A stretch of 57,757 nucleotides of DNA from Negaprion brevirostris (GCA_030324005.1 JARDVH010000157.1:25298444-25356200), one strand, 5' to 3'; counted from the stretch's first letter, positions 12,466 through 25,379 are shown. Translations and numbers: made by a program. The notes: generated by a model from the sequence alone, not told the origin.

Positions 12466-13240
12466 TTGGTTTTTAAGTGGAGAAAGATTGCAGAGAACTG
12501 CTGCAAAGGGGGATTTGGGGATCCTCATGCATACATCCCAAAGAAGTAGCATTCAAGTTCAGCAGGTAATAGGGAAGGCAAATGGAATGTTGGACTTTAT
12601 TTCAAAAGGAATGGAGTATAAAAATAGAGAAGTCTTGCTAAAACCAAACAAGGGACTAGTTGGACCACAGCTGGAATACTATGAACAGTTTTGATCCTCT
12701 TATCTAAGGAGATATATACTGGCATTGGAGGCAATCCAGAGAAGGTTCACTAGATTGATCACAGATATGGAGGGATTTTCTTATGAGGAAAGGTTGAGTA
12801 GTTGGGGCCTGTACTCACTGGAGTTTAGAAGGTTGAGAGGTGACCTTGTTGATACAAAGAGGATTCTCAGTGGGCTTCACAAAGTCGATGCTGAGAAATT
12901 GTTTCTCCTTGTGTGTGTCAAGGACCGGACGGCAAAATTGCAGAGTAAGGAGATTTAAGACAAATTTAAGTCATTTAAGACAAATGAGGAAGAATTTCTT
13001 CGCTCAGAGGGTAGTGAAACTATAGAATTCCTTATGCAGAGGGCTGTACAGGCTGGGTCTTTAAATGTGTTCAGGGTTGAAATAGACATTTTTAATCAGT
13101 AAGGGAATCACGGGTTATGGGGATAAGACGGGAAAGTGCAGTTGAATATTATCACACCAGACCAGTTACAATCTCACTAAATGGCAGAGCAGACTCAATG
13201 GACCAAATAGCCAACATCTGTTCCTATGTCCTATGATCTA
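12466..13240 (+). mobile_element. CR1 3' fragment
   Basis: KANGML.FI..G.EYK; IQRRFTRLI..MEG.SYEERL...GLYSLEFRRLRGDL. Confidence 0.92.
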
Positions 13241-13334
13241 GCATTGCAACAATGACATAACTATTTCTTGCACTAAGAGAATAAATTCTGTTTATAAACT
13301 GTGCATCAGACTTGACTTGGTTGTTCGGTACTAA

Positions 13335-13460
13335 GTTTCTATTTCAAGTTCCACAACAGGACTTGAGTTCAAAACTGAAAGCCGATTCTCCAGCATACTA
13401 CTGTGGCAATGCTGCACTGTTGGGCATGCTGTCATCTGGATGAGAGGACAAAAAAGTGTC
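13335..13460 (+). mobile_element. DeuSINE-like fragment
   Basis: ttcaagttccac...gacttgag...atgctgcactgttggg. Confidence 0.55.
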
Positions 13461-13791
13461 TTATTTCTCCTCCAGCTCTTTTGCCAATTATTTTACATTT
13501 ATGAACTCAGATTACAAACCTATTTGCCAGAGGAAATGTTTTCTCTCCAGTTGCTACATCAAAATTGCTGCTACTGCAGAAAGGTTTTAAAAACCTTCAA
13601 TATCTTATGGAATATCTTCTGGCAGTGCTTACACCTACAATTTACTATATACCCTCTATGATATCAGTCACTTCTTCAAAAGTGCCTCTACTTCACCTGC
13701 GAATGTTAACCAAAGTGCCCTGGCTAATACACGCATGTTGAATCCTGCATTCACGTTCTGATATTATATTGCTGCAGGAATCAGTACTCAC

Positions 13792-13882
13792 CTATCAGTG
13801 CAAGATGTGCCACCAGTTTAGACACATTGGCTTTGGCGAGCTCATTTGTCTTCTTATTCAGCACCAGAGACAGTGAGTGAAC
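13792..13882 (-). CDS. VPS13D: VPS13D exon ~22 (91 nt), VHSLSLVLNKKTNELAKANVSKLVAHLALI
   Basis: tctcag|GTT acceptor, G|gtgagt donor, phase 0-1. Confidence 0.96.
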
Positions 13883-14306
13883 CTGAGAGGGAAATAGTCA
13901 TCAACAAATTTATGCCAGTCTATAATTATAGGGGAGTCCAAGCTTTTGCCTTTGAGGGTCACGCATGAACATTAAATTCATTAACATGCCTATACAATCG
14001 TTGGTTGAAACAAGCAGATCCTGGTTTCTGATATAGTTTTTGTCAATTAGCTAACTACTCAGAATTGTCTCTCCAAACTTCCAGGCCAAAGCAGCAATAA
14101 AATTGAGCAAGAAAAACAGAATAGGATTCAATACCCAAATTGCCAGGGCCTAAGGACTGTGCAGTGAATCAGCCACAGCGAAAGCTCCGAACAAATCTCA
14201 CTGCATGAATATAGGATGATACTTTGGGAGAGGCAGCACACTTCCTCAACCACAAAAAAAAACATGTGTGACAGCACTGACAGAATTCAAGGAGGACAGG
14301 CCCAAC

Positions 14307-14530
14307 TGTGTAGAGTTTGCACGTTCTTCCCGTGTCTGCGTGGGTTTCCTCCCACAGTCCAAAGATGTGGGGGTTAGGTTGATCGGCCAGGCTAAAGTTG
14401 CCCGATGAGTGTCGGGGGACTAGCGGGGTAAATATGTAGGGTTAAGGGGATAGGACCTGGGTGGGATTGCAGACAGCGCACAAACTCAATGGGCCAGATG
14501 GCCTCCTTCTGGACTGTAGGGGACCTATGA
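14307..14530 (+). mobile_element. V-SINE (HE1-like) with CR1-type tail
   Basis: gagtttgcacgttcttcccgtgtctgcgtgggtttcctcccacagtccaaagatg...atgggccagatggcctccttct. Confidence 0.85.
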
Positions 14531-14912
14531 CTAGCAGATTAAAATCTCTTGCATTTATTTACGCACTGGGGCATCTACAACCCTTCATGATACCCTTAAA
14601 ATATTTGCAAGATGCAATTGCTGGATACCCACCATTTTTAATGGGCAGGGAGAACGTCTGACAGTTGGTACTTTGGACTGATTCTATCCCACTTTCTCGT
14701 GTTATGGCCATTTNNNNNNNNNNCAAGTGGGAGGTGGAGACAGGGGGGAGGGGGTTTAAAAATTGTTTTACGCAAAATGTGCCCAAAGTCAAACAAAGGC
14801 AAGGAAGATTGTATACGTATGTGTATTTAAATTATGCACAACAGCCAGAACCCCTTTTAATTTTTGTTCCAACATAGTTCATACTCAACAAACAAATAAA
14901 ATGCAAAATAAC

Positions 14913-15947
14913 CTTTAGATCCAACTTTGTATTTATGGGCTCCTGGCCCGCCTCAGATAGAGTGCCTGTTTCATCAGATTTTGTCTGATGCTGGAGCTCC
15001 TCCACTGAGGGTTTCAAGCCATGGTTGTTGGCTGTTGAGCCAATCCCAAAGAAATCCAAGATCATCACCCAAGTTTGAAGTGTGATCAGCACGTCTAGGC
15101 AGTTGAAATCCACATCAACGTTCCTGTTGACGTTGCTGTAACGCGTGGAAAATTCTGGATGCTTCTTGTCTACCAGGAAGATATTAATATGTACAAGTGA
15201 GTCATCAAAATTTGTTCCGGGACAGTGCATCTTGGTGTTTTTCAATGTTGGGGATGGTGGAGGGGTCAGAGGATAGTCTGCGTCTTTGTCCACTTTACGT
15301 TTTCTTCGTGTGCTGGTTGGCCTCTGGTAAAACTGGAAGACATTTTGTGCCTCTTCCATGTGAGCTGGCAGAGATCGTGGCATCTCAGGGTATTCTATAT
15401 TGGAGACAGACGGACAAGACTGGGACAAATATTCCTTGTGTGTGAAACTGGAAGGCTTAGGTGCTCCTCTCGATACCATCAAATGCTTATACTTTGAGTC
15501 TGGGTTCTTTTCCAGCAAATCCTCCATTAGCAACGAACGCAGAGCAATCTGAATTGACAGTGTATGCGGCTGGTCTTTACTGAACTCAACTTCAAAGTCT
15601 TGAAATATCAAGCTAACCAAACCTTGTGATTCCAGAGTGAGATCCCCACACAGTTGAACTTGCAGCTCGGAGATGCAGAAATTAGCATGAATTTGGGTGA
15701 ATGATCTTGACTCTGGAATTGGAAAATCAACCGGAGTTGACGGATAGCTCACTTGGCCAAACAGCCCGCTCCCTTTCCACTCACGTTGGAGGTCAGAGAA
15801 TTTTGGGCTTCTCAATGTTGAAGAGGCACTGCAAGGTTCTGGCGTGGCACCGGTTGAACTGTTTTTGATTTTACTTAGATCCTCACTGTATGTCAGGTTA
15901 TCCAGCGTCTGTAAGACCTGTTCGTAAACGTGTTTTGCTAACATCAC
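14913..15947 (-). CDS. VPS13D: VPS13D exon ~21 (1035 nt), VMLAKHVYEQ...NTKLDLK
   Basis: gtatag|GTG acceptor, AAG|gttatt donor, phase 0-0; within ORF 14832..15947. Confidence 0.96.
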
Positions 15948-16494
15948 CTATACAACAAGAAAACAATCATAGATTATTATATTTGTCTGTCCTGGGGCCT
16001 GGTATTGCATTAAGTTGCAATGTATCAAAGCAGTCCCACTCTGAGGACAGGGTGCCTGACAAACCATCAATGTGAAGTATCGGCCCTCACTTTTCAGAGG
16101 TGTTGTCTGAATGCCTGAATGTTTCCAGCAATTTCTGTTCTCATTATGCTTTTTCGGGATCCACAACTGGGTGAGTGTGTGTGTGTGTGTGGGTGGGTGG
16201 ACTGGTTTGATAGGGTGTTTGACTGAACAAGCACATTACTGAATGTAAAGCATGATGCATTTGAGAATGATTAGTAAATGAATTTGAGAGATTATCAGAG
16301 GAAGACACAAAAATTGTAACAGAGCTCAAAAAGGTAGTGATGGTGTTCCATTAAGCCACAAGTGTGCCTCTACTCTAATTACACAGATCTGGGAGCAGAC
16401 CATTTTATACAATCTTGTATTTATGAGTCTGACTCAATTAGAAAACTACTTACAAGTACAATCTACAGAAACTGGCATGACCATGCTCCTTTAC

Positions 16495-16652
16495 CTTAAG
16501 AGGATTGACGAATTTCCCCTCGATCTTCATCTTACTGGTGGTCTCAAAGGAATCTGGAGAATTTATGTCTGGGAAGGACAATCCTGGATTTGGGTCAACT
16601 GGAATTTTCTCTAAGATGAACTGGATTGTGGTGTCATTCAAGATATGAAAGG
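16495..16652 (-). CDS. VPS13D: VPS13D exon ~20 (158 nt), AFHILNDTTIQF...GKFVNPLK
   Basis: ttccag|CC acceptor, AAG|gtaaag donor, phase 1-0. Confidence 0.96.
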
Positions 16653-17084
16653 CTGGAAAGGGTAATTAAGAATATGAAGGCATACAACATTTTCCAAGTG
16701 ATTACAGTGGTCTTTAACTAGAACTAGGTGTCCGTGAGCGCTACTTGGCATGAAATGCTGACTTCATTGCTCCTTTTTAAAAGGAAACCACAATTATCTC
16801 CCCACTTTTCTATGTAAGTGAGACACTCCACAGTACCTGGAATAAAACGGCCATTCCACGCATCAAAGGCAGTGATTGTCAATGAAGGGAAGGCTCACTA
16901 TCCAGTCTTCCCCTGTGCTCACTCAGTATTTACATGTAGCACAAAACCATGGCTTGAACGTGAGAGTTTCTAAATCTGTAAGGTTTATATCCACAATGGG
17001 TACTGCACTACTCAACCAAGCCTTCAAAGATGTGTGACTACACTCAGATTCATCTTGTTTAAAAACAAAAACGTTTGAACTGAC

Positions 17085-19325
17085 CTTGACCCTTGTGCAC
17101 AGAGTCGAAGAAGTCTTGTCGTGTGAAGTGCATTTCTTCCTGGCTGGAGACACTGGCAGCACCTGAACCTGGCCGAGAGGGTTCACTGGCCTCTGGCCTG
17201 CAGCTACGCATGTTGTTATTTAGGGAATACAGTTTAATGTCCTTAATTTCCACCTGCAGCCGGTTTCTCCCAGAATCGTCCTCACCAGTCACAAAGTTCT
17301 GGATGGAAGTCCGGCCCAAGTGCCCCACCAGCAACTCCGAACTTCCAGGTTTCCGTGGGATTGCGACCACCGGTGACTCAATGTTGATGTTCAAGATTAG
17401 TTTTACTGGGTTCTGCTGAGGAGATTCCATCCCACCATCTCCATCATCTTCAAGTTCAAAACCAAATACTTCCCGTGACTTCCGTGGTTTCTCAAAAAGC
17501 AAGACCATCTCACTGTACTCTGCTGTTTTGTTTACCAGAACAGTGGAAACTTTGGAAGCTGCACTCTTCAACATGTTTTGGAAGTTATCTTCGAGTTCAT
17601 CCATGGATAAAGTGAGCTCTTTAAGAAATTTGGGCGAGTGGTTATAATGTAAAGATGCCATGTGCAAATTCAGCAAAAACTCTTCTTCTGACTGCTCAAC
17701 AAACTTAAAGCTCAGCGCTTCACTGTGGCTCACCTCTGCTTCAGACCTCATGAAGACAGACCGGAAGAACCCGAAGTCACTTACGGCCTCATATGCTTCT
17801 GTATTTCCAATGCTTACCACAAAATGGTTCTTTACTTCATCTTGGGTCAGATCTACTAACTGAAGACAGCCAAGAGACCCATGCATTTCAAATCGGCTGC
17901 CCATGGAAACATTGACCTTTGTGCCATTGATGCTAGCCGTAGCAATTTTCCTCCCCAGTTTCTCACCACTTGCAAGCCCAACAGTCCGGAGGAGCAGCAC
18001 ATTGAGCCGATGGATTTCTACTGCCACCTGCGTGTTCTGATCGTAGGTAGACTGAATGGACTCTCTTCCCTCAAAACTCATTGCTGGGTCAATAAATGAA
18101 GGCTGTGGACTTGCGTCCTCTTTTCCCTTTGGAAAGGACTTTTGCAAGAAACCAATGAGTTCTACCATGGTTTCTGGGTTAAGAATAATGTCCAGGTTAT
18201 TCACTTGCAGGGACATGACCTGTAAGGAGCTGTCCAAGTTCATAGAAGGGCAGTCAGAGCTCACAAATTGATATTCCAGTTTAATCAGGACGTCCTGGTC
18301 CTGAGCAGGAGAGGACACAGGTAATTGTGCTCCCAATGCTGAAGAGTTATGCAATGTGCTTTTATTCTTATCCAGTGAAGTACCATTTACTATTGTAGTG
18401 GCTAAGGGCTGAGGAGAGGCAGGGGATTGTGCTCCACTATCTCGAAGACTACCTGTGGGAACATCAAAACTCAAGTTTTTATGCGAAGCCATCAGCAAAT
18501 CAAAGTCAGAGCCATAAGTCTGGACTGTGTCCACCAGCAACAACCCATGTACAGTTAGCGTCACTTCACTGTCGTAGGGCCTCTTTACAAAGTTGGAGTT
18601 AATGCCAAAAACCTTCAACACAGATATATATCGTCCACAACTCTCAACCCCCAGCTGCATGTAATTAACTTTAAACTCTGCCAGGAGCAGCTTGGACTCG
18701 ACCAGTACCTCACGAGTATGCTGCTCGAGTGACATCACACTCTGTGTCAGGCTCATCTTTGAATCCAGCAGCTTGCCTCGGCTATCCACTTTCTTAAAGA
18801 TTTTTTCTTGTCGCAGACTCTGCTGTTCACCCGATTTCTGCTGTACCTCGGAAGCGGTCACCCTCGACATAAAGTTTCGCAATGCCGTGATTTTATCCTC
18901 ATTTACGTGTATTTTAAGCTCAGGCAAGGTCCCAGAAAGCATGGCGCCAGGGCGATTCGGGTCAGAGGTGTATATTAACCGCCGTTCCAGTTGCAACAGC
19001 ACATTAAATTTCTCTACAACGTGCGTTGGCCCAACCTCACTGTCCTGAGCATGCTTCCAATTGTCCTGCACGCGGCCTACCATGATCTGCATGTCCATAA
19101 AGGACAGTGAGTATTTCTCATAAAGCTTATTGTTGATAAAATGTTGCTGCAGTTGCTCCTCAGTAAATCCTAATGTCAGGAATTCTGGGGTCTTTGTTTC
19201 GGGATCAGCGTCAGGCTCTGGGGGAGGGGAGTTGGGCGGCGTGGCTAATGGCGTCTTGTACTCATCATCACTGATCTCTTCATCTTGGACTGAAAATCTG
19301 ACGTTGGCTTTAGCTTTTGGCTCAT
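17085..19325 (-). CDS. VPS13D: VPS13D exon ~19 (2241 nt, large internal exon), DEPKAK...SVHKGQ
   Basis: ctgcag|AT acceptor, G|gtcagt donor, phase 1-1; within ORF 17059..19407. Confidence 0.96.
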
Positions 19326-19444
19326 CTGCAGATACAAAGAATGAAATTGAAGGTGGTACTGATTCCATTGAGAACTGATAGCAGTTTTCTTGACAGTGAA
19401 TTGACACTGGTTTTAGATTTGCATGTTAATATTGATAAATTTTA

Positions 19445-19650
19445 AAGTTTATTAGTCACAAGTAAGGCTTACATTAACACTGCAATGAAGTTACTGTGAA
19501 ATTCCCCTAGTTGCCACATTCCGGACCTGTTCGGATCAATGCACCTAACCAGCACGTCTTTCTGACTGTGGGAGGAAACTGGAGCACCCAGAGGAAACCC
19601 ACACAGACACGGGGAGAACATGTAAATTGTATACAGACAGTGACCCAAAG
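19445..19650 (-). mobile_element. V-SINE with gtaagccttacttgtgactaataaa tail
   Basis: Reverse-complement V-domain ggaggaaactggagcacccagaggaaacccac. Confidence 0.88.
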
Positions 19651-20189
19651 TGAAGAATAATCACTTCGATGAGGCACCAAATGGCAGCCAACACCCACAG
19701 AACCATATGCAGCGTGAACAAGCACGTTTAGGGAAGAACAATTGAAAGGAGAGGTTCAAAGGCATGCGGGGGGGGGGGGGGGGGGGCGGCGGGGNNNNNN
19801 NNNNGCTCTCTCTGCCAAATCTCCTCACCTGATAACTCCCTCCTGCCATCACTCAGTGGGTCCATGGGAGATCCTAAGACTTGTGTGAATATTGTACCAG
19901 CAACAAACACCCTCCCGAATGGCACTGCTGATCAATGAAGAGCTGGTGGCCTCTGACTGGCCAGCAGCCCTCAGTGTGTGGGACTTTCAAACCCAGGAAT
20001 ATTTGCTGCTGCCCAGTATGTACCTGTTTTGGACTTAATTTGGTGGGCCTTCCCTAAAAGATGTGACGGGGGGAGGGGACTCGCACACACTCTCCAGATG
20101 GTAAGTGAGAACCCTCCTCACCTCCACTAATTATAGTCCATTATCTGACCCGCCACAGGTCTCTGGCTGTACTATGGCAGCAGATGCAG

Positions 20190-20490
20190 AATGGAATCCC
20201 TACAGTACAGGGAGCATTCAGCCCATCGAGTTTGTACCGAACATAATCCCACCCAGACCCTATTCCCATACCATGTCATTTACCTGGCCAATCCCCCTGA
20301 TACTAAGGTCAATTTAACACGGCCAACCAACCTAACTGCACATCTTTGGACCGTGGGAGGAAATTGGAGCACCCGAAGGAAACCCATGCAGACATGGGGA
20401 GAACATGCTGACTCCACACAGTGACCCGAGTACAGAATTGAACCCGGGACCTTGGTGCTGTGAGGCAGCAGTTCTAACCACTGTGTTGCC
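20190..20490 (-). mobile_element. Near full-length V-SINE (HE1-like)
   Basis: tRNA-like head (gtggttagaactgctgcctcacagc...gggttcaattc), V-domain, CR1-type tail. Confidence 0.9.
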
Positions 20491-20628
20491 CCAAGTCAAG
20501 TGGACAGCTCAGAATCTGCTAAAGTGCGCATCCATACACACAATGTTACCACAAATTTCAAATGATTCTTACAAAGGCAAACTTATTAGATACTGTGGTT
20601 AATGATCTCTTCACTGAGGAAAAATTAC

Positions 20629-20761
20629 CTCCAAAATTAGTCAGCAAAATTCGACCCAGATCCACCACTACCAGCACAGAATCTGGGGATTTGAAATCAT
20701 CTGGAAAAATCACCTGAGGAGCAGATATATCTAATTTCATCATCCAGCGCTTGTCATTTTC
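20629..20761 (-). CDS. VPS13D: VPS13D exon ~18 (133 nt), ENDKRWMMKLDISAPQVIFPDDF...LTNFG
   Basis: ttttag|GAA acceptor, G|gtaatt donor, phase 0-1. Confidence 0.96.
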
Positions 20762-21249
20762 CTAAAAAAAAATAAATTTGCTATTAAATTATTTAGATAG
20801 TGCTGTTATCTTCCATTTCCTGCTGCTGAAACCTTACTGAGAGTGTCAATCGTGATGCAAAATTTAAACTGATTAATAATTTAATACCCAATTCTTCACA
20901 TGATCTTCTGTAGCACAAGTTGGATTACCAATTCCTTGATTGTCCAGAAATCCCCCATTATGGAAATTTGGTCTCCTGAGTCCTGCTGCAAAACAATCTG
21001 TATCTTGCAGTTGTAGTTTGTGCCAATCCACTTTCACTTAAGTCAGAAGCTGGTTGAGATTTGGCCAGGAAACCAACAGTAGTACTTAATTCAATTAATT
21101 GGTTCCCTAAAAATAAATCTCTTTCCAGCCCAATCTTATACGATCAGTTCCGTACTATGGTAGCTGCCCCTATCCAGAACTGAGTCATTTTTATAATATG
21201 TTCTGCATGTGTTAACGTAACTGGTACATCCTCACAGAAAAGACATTAT

Positions 21250-21900
21250 GCTGCTAATTTGGAAGGTGCTGTCTAAGGAGCCTTGGTTAGCTCTCGCAGT
21301 GCATCATGTAGGTGGTACTACACACTACTACTACTGTGTCAATGGTGAAGGGAATGAATGTTTGTGAATGTGGTGACAATCAAGCAGGTAGCTTTGTTCT
21401 GGATGGTGTCAAGCTTATGGAGTGTTGTTGCAGCTTCAGTCTTTCAGGTGAAAGAAGAGTATTCCATTACACTTCTGATTTATGCCTTGTGGTGATGGCG
21501 AAAAAGCTTTGGAGGGTCTGGTAGTGAGTCACTGACTGCGTTATTTCCAGCTGCTGACCTGCTCCTGCAGCCACTGCATTAGACCTTCCAGTTATCTTTC
21601 TTGTCAACGGTGACCCCAGCATATTGAGTGGGGTGGGATGGGGAGGTGGGGAATTTGATGATGGTAATGCAAGTGAACTTCAAAGGGAGTTGATTAGATT
21701 TTCACTTAGAGGGCACAAAGGTTGCTCGCCACTGCTGAACCCAATCTTGATAGTTATTCAAGTCTTTTTTTGCGTGGAGGGACAGGTTGCTCAAATAACT
21801 GTGGAGTTGCGAATGGAATTGAAAGCTGTTAAGTAATCAGAATACATCCTCACTTTTGGCCTTGATAGGCAGAAGGTCACTGATGAAGCAGCTTAAGGTG
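21250..21900 (-). mobile_element. Family B LINE fragment
   Basis: Reverse complement matches the RT/3' region seen at 9650-10450. Confidence 0.7.
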
Positions 21901-22499
21901 TTTTACACATCAGCTGACATTTAGAAAGCAGGATGTTAACCTTGCCACTCTTTTTGTTTTAATAACAAATACTTTACTTCCTACCCAGAGTTTGGTTTAG
22001 TCTATAAGATTCCCTCAGCCTTATCAGCAATGTTCTGGTCAACCTAGACTTATCTGCACTGAAGCTGACCTGCACTTGGAAGTGATTTGATAGTCACTTA
22101 ACTTTTAACTATTAAACTCATGGCCACAAATGTTAACCCTGCTCTGAATATCAGGATATAAATTAAGCAGAGCAATGACATCGAACAGGCCATTTATCTG
22201 ACAAAAATGTCCGATTTTGAAAAATGTATTTTATGACCTCAGGTCTAATCAATGTCAGAGTTTGAAGCAGAAACAAAGACTTGTGCAGGTAACATTAAAA
22301 ACTGTGGGGCAATAATGCAATAACATTTGCAAACTATAAGCTGATGTCATACGATCAGATTTGTATGATTGCTTGTTATGTGATCAGGTCTCTGGAAACA
22401 CAACCAACCAAAAGGTGACAGCACAAAGTAAATTATACAGCAACAGCATATGGGATAGAAGATTATTATCGAGAAACTAAGGTGGAAGGCCATGATCTA

Positions 22500-23420
22500 C
22501 ATTGCAGTACATCAGCAAGAATCAATATGATGAAGTTTTAGGATGTCCAATACACGAATCACAAAAAATGCGTATGCAGGTGCAGTGCGGAAAGAGGAAA
22601 GCAAATGCAATGTTGGCATTTATTGAACGGGGGAATGGAGCATAAAGTAGGGGAGTCTTGCTACAACTATACAGGGCATTGGTGAGACTATAACTACAGT
22701 ACAGCACATCATTTTAATTTCCTGACTTGAGGGATTTACCTGAATTGGAGCAAGTTCAGAGAACTAGGCTGCTTTCTGGGATGAAGGGGTTGTCTTGTAA
22801 AGAAAGATTGAGCAGGTTGGTTATTTACTTGCTGGAGTTTAGAAAAATGAGGCGATCTTCTTGAAACATGCAAGATTCTGTGGTTGGCGGGGCTGGGGAA
22901 GGGGGGAGTGCAAAGTGGAAGTGGAGAGGATAGAGAATGTGAGACAATCTAGAACTGGGGACATAGTTACAAAATAAGCGTTCTCCCACGTGAGAGAAAA
23001 GGAGGAATTTCTTCTGAGGGTCATTATCTTTGGAATTCTCTTATCCAGAGAGGAGTTGAGGCAGGGTCAGAGTATATTCAAGGCAGAGGTTGTAGCTAGA
23101 GATTTTTGATTCACAAGGGAACCAAATCAAGGGTTATGTGAATCAAGGGCATGATGAAAAATCACGGCAAGAAAGTGGAGTTAAGGCCNNNNNNNNNNNN
23201 NNNNNNNNNNNNNNNNNNNNNNNNNNNNNNNNNNNNNNNNNNNNNNNNNNNNNNNNNNNNNNNNNNNNNNNNNNNNNNNNNNNNNNNNAGGGTTATGTGA
23301 ATCAAGTGCATGATTAAAAATCACGGCAAGAAAGTGGAGTTAAGGCCACAACTAGATTTCATTGATCTTACTGAAATGAATGGTAGCCTACTCCAAAATG
23401 ACCCACTCCTACTTCTTAGA
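22500..23420 (+). mobile_element. CR1 3' fragment
   Basis: aggaaagcaaatgcaatgttggcatttatt...ggagtttagaaaaatgaggcgatct. Confidence 0.85.
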
Positions 23421-23921
23421 GGCTTAGATATTAGGTGATACTCACCTTGGGTTCAAAAGCCTTGGTAGTCAAGGATAGAAAAAAAAGAGACTTCGCAGCT
23501 TTGAGACTTCGGAAAGAATGGAGATAAAATGAGTCTTTGGGTTAAATTTTACAATATAGTGCTCCTGCAGCAGAAGTTTGCATGATGAGAATGCATTTGG
23601 GAATTCAGGCACGAACCACCATCGATGGCACGATTCAGAATCCATTAATTTTATTCAACTGCAAGCAACGCAGGTTATGAATTTCGAATAACAATTCAAC
23701 TTACAAGGTCTGCTACATGATTCACTAAATCATAAAATGTATCCCTTAATTTCAGAACAATGCGTCCGATGAGAGGAGTTGTGAGGCAGTGTATTTAGAA
23801 TGCAGGTGGAATAATACTGCAAGTAATTACTTAAATTACACAATCCCATTAATTGGTGCAGCAAATTTTAGAAAATTATATGGTTCTGTTCAATCAGGCA
23901 GAATACAACTGTCCAACTTAC

Positions 23922-24052
23922 AATGAACTCGCCCACCAGTAACTGGTCGATGGTTTGTCGGATCTCTGCCTTCGTTTGCATCTTTAGTTTGTTGTACTGC
24001 CGTCGCGCAGCTTCTGCCACCCGTAATTCCAGTTCTGACTGATAGCCAAAAC
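23922..24052 (-). CDS. VPS13D: VPS13D exon ~17 (131 nt), GFGYQSELELRVAEAARRQYNKLK...VGEFI
   Basis: caatag|GT acceptor, ATT|gtaagt donor, phase 1-0. Confidence 0.96.
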
Positions 24053-24129
24053 CTATTGAAGTGAAAAAAATGAAGCCATAACGCGATTTCAAGAGGAAAG
24101 CGTTAAGATATATTTGGGCTAGTCGCAGG

Positions 24130-24412
24130 TCCTATAGAGTCAGGAGGAGGTCATTCGTCCCATTGAGCCTGCACCGATAAAAGAACCAACATATTTACCC
24201 TGCTAAACCGCCTCAACATTAAGGGGCAATTTAGCATGCTGAATTAACCTAACCCGCACATCTTTGGAGTGTGGGAGGAAACCAGAGCACCAAGAGGAAA
24301 CCCACACAAGCATGGGGAAAACAAGCAAATTCCACACAGTCACCCGAGGCTGGAATTGAACCCAGGTTCCTGATTCTGTGAGGCTGCAGTGCTAACTATT
24401 GTGCCACCATGC
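24130..24412 (-). mobile_element. V-SINE (HE1-like)
   Basis: tRNA head at ~24350-24412, V-domain, CR1-type tail. Confidence 0.88.
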
Positions 24413-24449
24413 CATCTATTGCCCAAATAAGTGCACAACTCTAATAAAC

Positions 24450-24935
24450 CATAAGAACATAAGAAGTTGGAGCAGTAGTAGGCCATCTAGCCCTTCAAGC
24501 CTGTCCTGCCATTCAATAAGATCTTGGCTGATCTGAAGTGGGTCAGTTCCACTTTCCTGCCTTCTCCCCATAACCCTTAATTCCCTTGTCTACCAAAAAC
24601 CTATGCACCCGTGACTTAAATATATTCAGTGAGGTAGCCTCCACCACTTCAACGGGCAGAGAATTCCAGAGATTCACCACCCTNNNNNNNNNNNNNNNNN
24701 NNNNNNNNNNNNNNNNNNNNNNNNNNNNNNNNNNNNNNNNNNNNNNNNNNNNNNNNNNNNNNNNNNNNNNNNNNNNNNNNNNNGGCCAACATTCCATTCG
24801 CCTTCTTGATCACCTGCTGCACCTGCAGACTGGGTTTTTGCGACTTGTGCACAAGGACCCTCAGGTCCCTCTGACCGTAGCACGCTGCAGCTTTTTGCCT
24901 TTTAAATAATAATCCCTCCTACTATTATTTCTGCC
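24450..24935 (-). mobile_element. Young CR1 3' fragment spanning an N gap
   Basis: RVVNLWNSLP..VVEATSLNIFK peptide; cataagaa tandem tail; nearly identical to 27705-27960. Confidence 0.92.
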
Positions 24936-25379
24936 AAAGTCCAAAAACAAAAAAAACTGCAGCAATTTTACTGGAAGTACAAAATGGAAAATATCCACAC
25001 TGGTGTTCTGTTTATTCCAAACGGAACCATTTGGAAATTATCTTGGAGTTTCATAGTTAATTACTGCTTTTGGAATTCAGGTCATGGGAAAATACTGTCT
25101 GCATCCTGGCTTCTTCCATTTGCCTTATTCAAAACTCTTCCCATTTCTAAAGCAATGTAAAGACAGGAATCAGACAAAAGACCATTACTACCCCAGACAC
25201 AAACATTTAAAAAAAAGTCTAAAATATAATTTTTTGATTCCAAATTTTCATCCTTCCTTCCGAGGTGTGTACTCTCACTGAGTTATGGTTCTTCAGGTGC
25301 TGGTAATCATATGGAACAAGTGGGCATTGTGTATAAACAACAGCAAATGTTAACAAGATGTAACTAAAGAGGATTGCAA

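Noticed and set aside
17093-19378. Plus-strand ORFs of 60-120 aa over the large exons (also 15197-15497)
   Set aside because: Antisense shadows of the VPS13D coding sequence with no recognisable protein similarity.
17059-19407. 782-aa ORF as a standalone gene
   Set aside because: It is VPS13D exon ~19 plus read-through into flanking introns; splice sites at 19325 and 17085 fit the neighbouring exon phases.
19768-19794. Poly-G run as a G-quadruplex
   Set aside because: Abuts an N gap inside a repeat, so its length is unreliable.
20420-20490. tRNA-like A/B box sequences (also ~24350-24412, ~43600-43676, ~56420-56480)
   Set aside because: These are SINE heads; most run directly into SINE bodies and none forms a complete cloverleaf.
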